This document shows, in pieces, positions 57,700-64,000 of a DNA stretch of 64,000 nt. Made by a program: the position numbers and the translations under genes. The notes beneath the pieces were generated by a model, which saw nothing but the letters and a program-made list of their open reading frames with translations, was not told the DNA's origin and made no database searches. The first letter of the stretch is position 1. Every line of letters starts with the position of its first letter. Origin of the DNA: Psilocybe cubensis (Eukaryota); the NCBI GenBank assembly GCA_017499595.2, contig CM039010.1, positions 1,674,001 through 1,738,000 of the forward strand. The letters run 5' to 3'.

Positions 57700-60600
57700 T
57701 ATTTATCTTTGATCTTTCTTTTGCAATGGACATGGCGTCGTCTTGTGTTTTGTGTTTTGTATTTTGTGTTTTAACGTTTAAGCTCTTGGATCTGGTGTTT
57801 GATTGGGCGCGGTAAGGCTTGAAAGGTAGGGTACCAGCTCGAGTCCCGACGCGTCGTAGGCGGTTTTATTTGATTATTGATTTTTTTTGGTGGTACGCTA
57901 TCTATAAGCTCACTTTACTTTACCTTTAGCTTTACCTTTACGCGTCGGATCCCCAGGAGGAAATCCCGTCATTCCAGGAAAACATCTTATTTAATTTTCA
58001 TTGATGTGCTTTTTTCTGGCTTTCCACCGTTTGTGTGATGCGTATACTTACGTACTGTAAGCGTTTATTGTGCCCGGGCCTCAGGCATGCCATTCGTGAG
58101 GTCGTCGAGACGAGACAAGATGAGCCTGAACCTGAGCCTGAGTAATAGCGATGGATGTCTGGAGCAAGTCAGTAGGTGTTATATTTATCTATGGCATAGG
58201 ATAGAACAGAACAGAGTAGCCTGAGGACAGGATAGGAAATAGGAAATAGGATATAATTTGAACTTGAAGTCCAGCTTAACCTACGTCGACTCTCGAGAAA
58301 TTAATAATTATACATACGCAGGGGATTGACTTGGACTTGGACTTGGAGTGGGAGTGGGAGGAAGAGTCCATTTGGCGCTTGGGGCCGGGCAGCCGACGTC
58401 GTCCGATGTCGATGTCGATGTCGATGTTTGATGCGACGTCGAGTCGAGTCGAATCGAGGTGTTGATGAGAGATTTTAGATGATTATCGATTATCGGCGGT
58501 TGCTAGTCGTCGAAATCGAAATCGAAATCAAAGTCTATGTCGATATCAAAGTCAAAGTCGGATTCCAATCCGACTCCGGAGCTCGTACGAGTCTTAAAAT
58601 ACAGAATACAGGATACAGATACTGTAATAAATATTCTTCCGGTCCCGAGTCCCGAGTCCCGGTTCACTGTTCTTGTCATTCATTCATTGTCAAATGTCAA
58701 CTGGCAGTCAACGAGCAAATGGTCATGCTCAAGGAGCAGTCGTCGAGCAAATGGTCAACGAGTAAACGGTCATCAGTCAACGGTCAACGGTTAATGAGCA
58801 CTGGTACTGGCATTTATCAAAGGTTAAAGGTCACGGTTAGTTAACGAGCGGTTAAACAGAATAGTCGGTGTTCACGATTCCAAGTCAGAATACGCAGGCA
58901 TACTTTATTACAGGCTTTTTTGTTGATGCCAGCCTGAGATGGACTCGGACAGACTATCGTGAGTACTGGGACTCGGAGATGATCATGCGGGTAGACGAAT
59001 ATCATGATGCTATGGTCTCCGAATGTGGCGGATGTGTAAAAAATGAGATGTTGGATTTTGAATCAGCAACGTCAGTAGATGGGATTTGAGAGGCGAAGGA
59101 GGGTCTTCGGGAATCTGAGTCGGAGTCGGAGTAGAATATGAATGGATTATAACTTGGGCCTTGAGGCTTGTTCAACTGTTATGTCTGCTCTGGTGTAACG
59201 GCTCTGGTGTAACGTTTGTTAGTATGCGTGTATGCCGGATTTGGTCGAACTTGAGCTTGATGTTGGAGCCTGTAGGCGCTCGTTTACTTTGATTGTTGAT
59301 AGTGTTTGATCTTTATTTTTTGATCCTTCGATTCTTTGATCCTTATTTTTGATCCTTTGACGCGTATGTGTATGTATCCACAAGACTCAAGACACAAGAC
59401 TCGCTCTCAAACTCAAACTCACATCCACCTCAACTCAACTCGACTCGACTCGAAGTCTCAGATTCCAGAGCCGAAAACGCCAATATTGAATTTGAACAAG
59501 TTTCCCCAGTGCCCAGTGTCGAAGCCCATGCTGTGTATCCCGATTCTGATGCTCGCAGCTCGCTAAACGCTAAACTCTACGTGTTAATTTCTAAACCCAG
59601 CCAAACTGAGCTCGGCTCAACTCTGGGCTCTGGCTTGATTTCAGTACTTCGTCGTCGTCGTCGTTGTAGTATTTCGCTTATTTATCGGTTATTGATGATG
59701 GCTCGCTAATGCGAGCTCAGCTGGTCAAGCCTTGAGGTGAAGGAAGATGAAAATGGAAGATGAAGTTGGAGATGTAACGAGTAAACGAGTAAACCTGTGC
59801 ACGGAGCCGAGCCTTGGATACGGGACACCGAGGTGCGGAACACGTTAAGCGGACTCGGACTTGGATGCCAGTGCGGGTGTGCGTGTGTGTGTGTGGGGTA
59901 TGAATACAGCATTGCAAACGCGGTCGCGGTCGCGTCGCCTTTGGGCCACTATCATCTCATACTCGTACTCTCATACTCGTACCCATCCAAAACTCAAACA
60001 GTCTGGTTCAAGTCGAGTTCTTGAAGTACACAACGTAAAGTGAAGTCTGTCTTGGCACTACAACTAAGTACAAGCCGGCGGCATCTCACCCTCGGCAACA
60101 CGGCAGGCTGCAGGGATGTCACATGGCTATGGAATGAAATTTGAATGGAATTGAGGTTACTCGATTTGGGCATGGGCGCTCTTTTTTGAGAGCGTGGGAA
60201 TTGGGATTTGGGGTTGTGGGAGTTTTCTTTTCTTTTCCTTTCTTGAATTTTGCTTTTTTTCTTTTCTTTTCTTGAATTTTGCTTTTTTTTGGGTGGGGAG
60301 GGAGGGAAGGGAGGAGGGAGGAGGGTTTGACTTTGAGTTGGAATTGGAATTGGGAGTTTTGGAATGTGGGATGAGTTGGAGGTGGAGGCGGGGGTGGGAT
60401 TATGGATAAAACACTGCAGGCAACAGGCAACAGGCGAGGCGGTTGGAGGAGAGGATAACCGTTCTTATGATCATGTCGTGTCGTGTTGTTATACTATTCC
60501 TATTCATATTAAAACTTTAGTTCAAGATAAGTAGGGTTGATAATGATTGTATGTATGTATGTGTAGTGGTGTTATGTTATGGCAACCGTATGTACGTACT

Positions 60601-63600
60601 ACCAGGTACTACTACAACACGAACTGACAAAACGAGAGCTGACGAGAAATGACGAGAAATGACAAAAACGCGGACTGCTGTTGCAAGTTCAAAGGTTCAA
60701 AGTTCGAAGAAGCGAGGGAAGAAGTATATTTAGGACATCGCATTCCACTCTATCCCACTCGACATCCACTCGACATCGTCGGCATAGCGACTCGAGCTAC
60801 ACATACAGTCTTGGCGTTATTCCGGTGCATTATATCCAAGTGTGATCGCGGTATCGCGACATGTCGGTAATGGGCATGTGGGCATATGGGTAATGCGGTA
60901 ATGGGGTAATGTACGCGTTTGATCCGATACGCGATCGTGGCGGATGTTTACATACACATACACAAGTTCAAGTGCGAGGTTCGTTTTTCTTCCATGTCTT
61001 TGGGGCAGTGGCTTGGTTGAATTAATTTTTTGGATGTTTTGGATGTTTTTGGTGAGAGGTTGGAGTTTGGGTTGTGCTTGGCTCCGGGAGAGTGTGCACT
61101 GTGCCGACATGCTAGGACACGACGCGACGTACGACATGTACGACACGACATGGGATGAGAGGACGTGAGATGACGCGGTGCGAAAGCGAAAGTTTGCGTT
61201 AGGGAATGCGTTAGCGAATGCCGCAGAATGGGCGACCCTGGTTGACCCTGACCCTGAGCGTGAGGTGAGCCTTGAGGTGAGCGCGGCAAGTAAGTTCGGT
61301 TCGTTTGCTTTTCTCGGCTGGACATGTTCCAACGTTCCAACGGTAGTGGTTTGTTTTCTCTCGAGCTTGTTCCGTTCGTTTCGTTCGTGTTGGTTTTTAC
61401 GCGTTTCCCTTTGCATTTCGTTACCTTTTTCATTTCATTTCATCGCTTTTCAGTGCTTTGCTTTTCTTCCCATACCTTTTTTCGACTCTTTGTTGGAACT
61501 TTACAACTTTCGCCTTCGCTTTCGACCTCAGTACTCTCACCCCCACTCAACACTCTCACTCAGTACCCAGCTCTTCAAATTAAACCACCCTCGGACCTAG
61601 GACCTAGGAGCTCGGATTCGGAATCGGAGTCGGAGTCTCGGACCTGACCCACATCCACATCCACATCCATCCACGTACCCACACATTCTCTTTCCCTCTC
61701 TCACTCACTTACCAAGTTTTCTTCTCCGACATACCCACGCACACGCACACGCACACGCGAGGGTAATTGTCAGTCGCGGTCGCGGTCAGCTGGTCTGACC
61801 TGTCACATTTCACATTTCACATTTCACATTTCATATTCAAGCCGAGCACTTGAAAACGAGACGTTATTTCAGGAGTTGGATACCCCGAGGAGCAAGGAAT
61901 AAAACCACGCACGCACGCACGTACACCGACGACGATACGAAAAGCCGGAGACAAACAACGCACAAACCAACGCACAAACCAAAACCAAAAACAAAGCGGT
62001 TCGAATTCGGATTTGGAAGTGAACCAATTGGATTTTACATTTTTTAATTCGGATTTTGGCTTGTCAGGCTTGACACCGTCTTGTCAGGCATCTTAGGCAT
62101 CCTCCCCTCATCCTCGTGTTCGTGTTCGTGTTCGTGTTCACGTTGAACGTTCTTTGTTTACCGTTTCCCGTTTACATCGACTGTTGCCGTTGGCTTGATT
62201 CTGCTTACTGACCTTCTCGCCTGACGGTTCTCGAGTGGGGTCCCTGCCTGTGGAAACGCGCTTATTCTTTACTCTTTACCGGTGCGGTTGCAGTTGCAGT
62301 TGCAGTTGCAGTTGCAGTTGCAGTTGCAGTTACTGTGTTATCCCTGAGGTTGCTCTTGCCGTTACACTCGCGGTTGCACTTTGCGCTTATACACGGCACG
62401 GCACACTCCAGGGGCAAAGCTTAAGCTTAAGCTTGATCTTAAGCTTACTCCATTTCTCTTTCTTTATCGAGCTTTAACGTGCTTTATCGAGCTTTTGTTC
62501 TTGTTCTTGTACTCCTACCACCGCTTACGCCTGCTACACCTCCTGCGCCTGCGCCTACGCCTCCTACGCATACGCATACGGGCTACTACCTCCTACCTCC
62601 TTACCGGTACCGCTTACACCTACGGGCTACTACCTCCTACTCTTACGCCTAGCAGTGGAGCGGACACATCCACCCGCTTCATCCACTTCACCCACCCACC
62701 CGCTTCATCCGCTTCATCCACCCACTCGCTTCAGATTCAACACCCACTCGCTACTCCATTCCAACCCCACCCCACCCGTTCAATCCACCCATTAAATCCA
62801 CCTATTGAATCCACCTTTTCCCTTTCCCTTTCCCGTTTTGGCTTAGGACACAAAGAAAGAAACAAGAAGCTAGGAGGCAAGGAGAAGCCCATCATACCCA
62901 TTACGATGCCTGGAGTTGTAGATATAGATGTGCGCGCGCGCGGGGTTGCAAGTGTTAGTGTTGGGTCTGGTTTTGAGTTTGCGGCTTCATCTGGGTTTGC
63001 GTCTGCGTCTGGGTTTGCGGCTTCATCTGGGTTTGCGTCGGCGTCGGCGGCTTCATCGGGATTTGCATCGGCGTCGGAAGAGAACAATAACAAGGACGCG
63101 CGAGAGAGAGGGACTGGGACCGGGACTGGCATTGGGAGGAGTAAAGAGAGCAGTTATCGATTTGAAGGGCCGAGTGTTGTGCGCGCGCGGACGGTATCTG
63201 CGCGGACGAGGACGAGGACTAGGACTAGGTCGGGGGGAGAGTCGGATAGGGCGCCCGTGGATAGAGCGCCCGTGCCTGGGTCTGTTTTTGGGTCTGGGTC
63301 TGGGTCTGTTTTGGGGGATTTGGAGTTGGGATCAGCGTTAGATTTGACGAAACGGGAAAAATATACAGAAAGGGAAAAAGGAACAGAAAAAGGAAGAGGA
63401 AGAGAAGGGGAAGAGGAGATAAGAATATCGACGAGCGCTCGAGGCATTGTTCGGGTTGGGGCTGGGGGTGTTCCCACTCCAACTTTGAGTGAAGGTGTGC
63501 CACCACCGCTGCCGCCGAAAACGATATCGTCGACATTGTCCATTGCAACTCCAATTCCAATACCATCATTACCATTACCAACAGCAGCGGCAGCGGCAGC

Positions 63601-64000
63601 GGCAACAACTCTAACATTGACATCGACATCGACATCGACGTCGAAAAGCACGATAACACCACCACCACCACCACCGAAAACAACGACGACGACGACGACG
63701 ACTCCAAGCGCGTCTGTACCACCATCCATTACTAGACCGACACATCCACCGACATATACGCCTACATATACGCCTACTCACACCCCTACACATACACATA
63801 CTCTAACGCGTACTCCAACACATACGCCTACGCATACACCTACACCATCAACATCAACAGCGGCAGCGGCAGCGGCAACGGCAGCAACAGCAGCATCATC
63901 AGCAGCAACTGCGACAACAACAGCAAAAGCGAGCACACGCCCGCTAGTGAAAAAACATAGCGCGCGGAATCTTAGTAGGGATAGTATTGCTAGTCCTACT
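57700..64000. repeat. Microsatellite/short tandem repeat-saturated region
   Basis: Dense degenerate 5-7-mer arrays, e.g. (GTTGCA)7 at 62287-62328, (CACATTT)n at 61804, (GATGTC)n at 58406, (GACTTG)n at 58328, (CGTGTT)n at 62115. Confidence 0.85.
62906..64000 (+). CDS. Low-complexity ORF open to the window end (likely N-terminal region of a larger gene)
   Basis: Frame open from 62348 to 64000, first ATG at 62906 (MPGVVDIDV...VPPPLPPKT...RPLVKKHSARNLSRDSIASPT); repeats inside are mostly multiples of 3 and keep the frame. Confidence 0.5.
   Translation, partial: MPGVVDIDVRARGVASVSVGSGFEFAASSGFASASGFAASSGFASASAASSGFASASEENNNKDARERGTGTGTGIGRSKESSYRFEGPSVVRARTVSARTRTRTRTRSGGESDRAPVDRAPVPGSVFGSGSGSVLGDLELGSALDLTKREKYTEREKGTEKGRGREGEEEIRISTSARGIVRVGAGGVPTPTLSEGVPPPLPPKTISSTLSIATPIPIPSLPLPTAAAAAAATTLTLTSTSTSTSKSTITPPPPPPKTTTTTTTTPSASVPPSITRPTHPPTYTPTYTPTHTPTHTHTLTRTPTHTPTHTPTPSTSTAAAAAATAATAASSAATATTTAKASTRPLVKKHSARNLSRDSIASPT

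Noticed and set aside
57400-62300. Many 60-200 aa ORFs in the repeat-rich zone
   Set aside because: By-products of tandem short repeats; no domains or consistent splice structure

Overview
Intron-rich fungal genomic DNA, most likely an agaricomycete mushroom (inferred from ~50-60 nt GT-AG introns and the gene content). Gene order: RBX1 (partial, -), a small Cys-rich protein (+), a Zn2Cys6 transcription factor (-), a ~1.3 kb TIR element, a small coiled-coil protein (+), a secreted two-repeat PCP-like protein (+), a ~4.7 kb unannotated gap, an Hsp20 (-), RNA15/CstF-64 (+), threonyl-tRNA synthetase (+), VPS15 (-), a 2OG-Fe(II) dioxygenase (+), a DUF1308 protein (+), a single-pass membrane protein (-), two tandem Mx/dynamin-like GTPases (-), a nest of two young non-autonomous LTR retrotransposons, a peptidase S41 (+), and a microsatellite-saturated end containing a low-complexity ORF that runs off the window. 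In the nest, a copia element lacking the RT core sits inside a gag-only element. The most striking observation is in the copia LTR. It carries spliceosomal intron(s), and its last 50 nt are an exact copy of the predicted spliced 5' leader, which would let a retroelement keep promoter-proximal introns through reverse transcription. All family calls come from motif recognition by eye and no searches were run.
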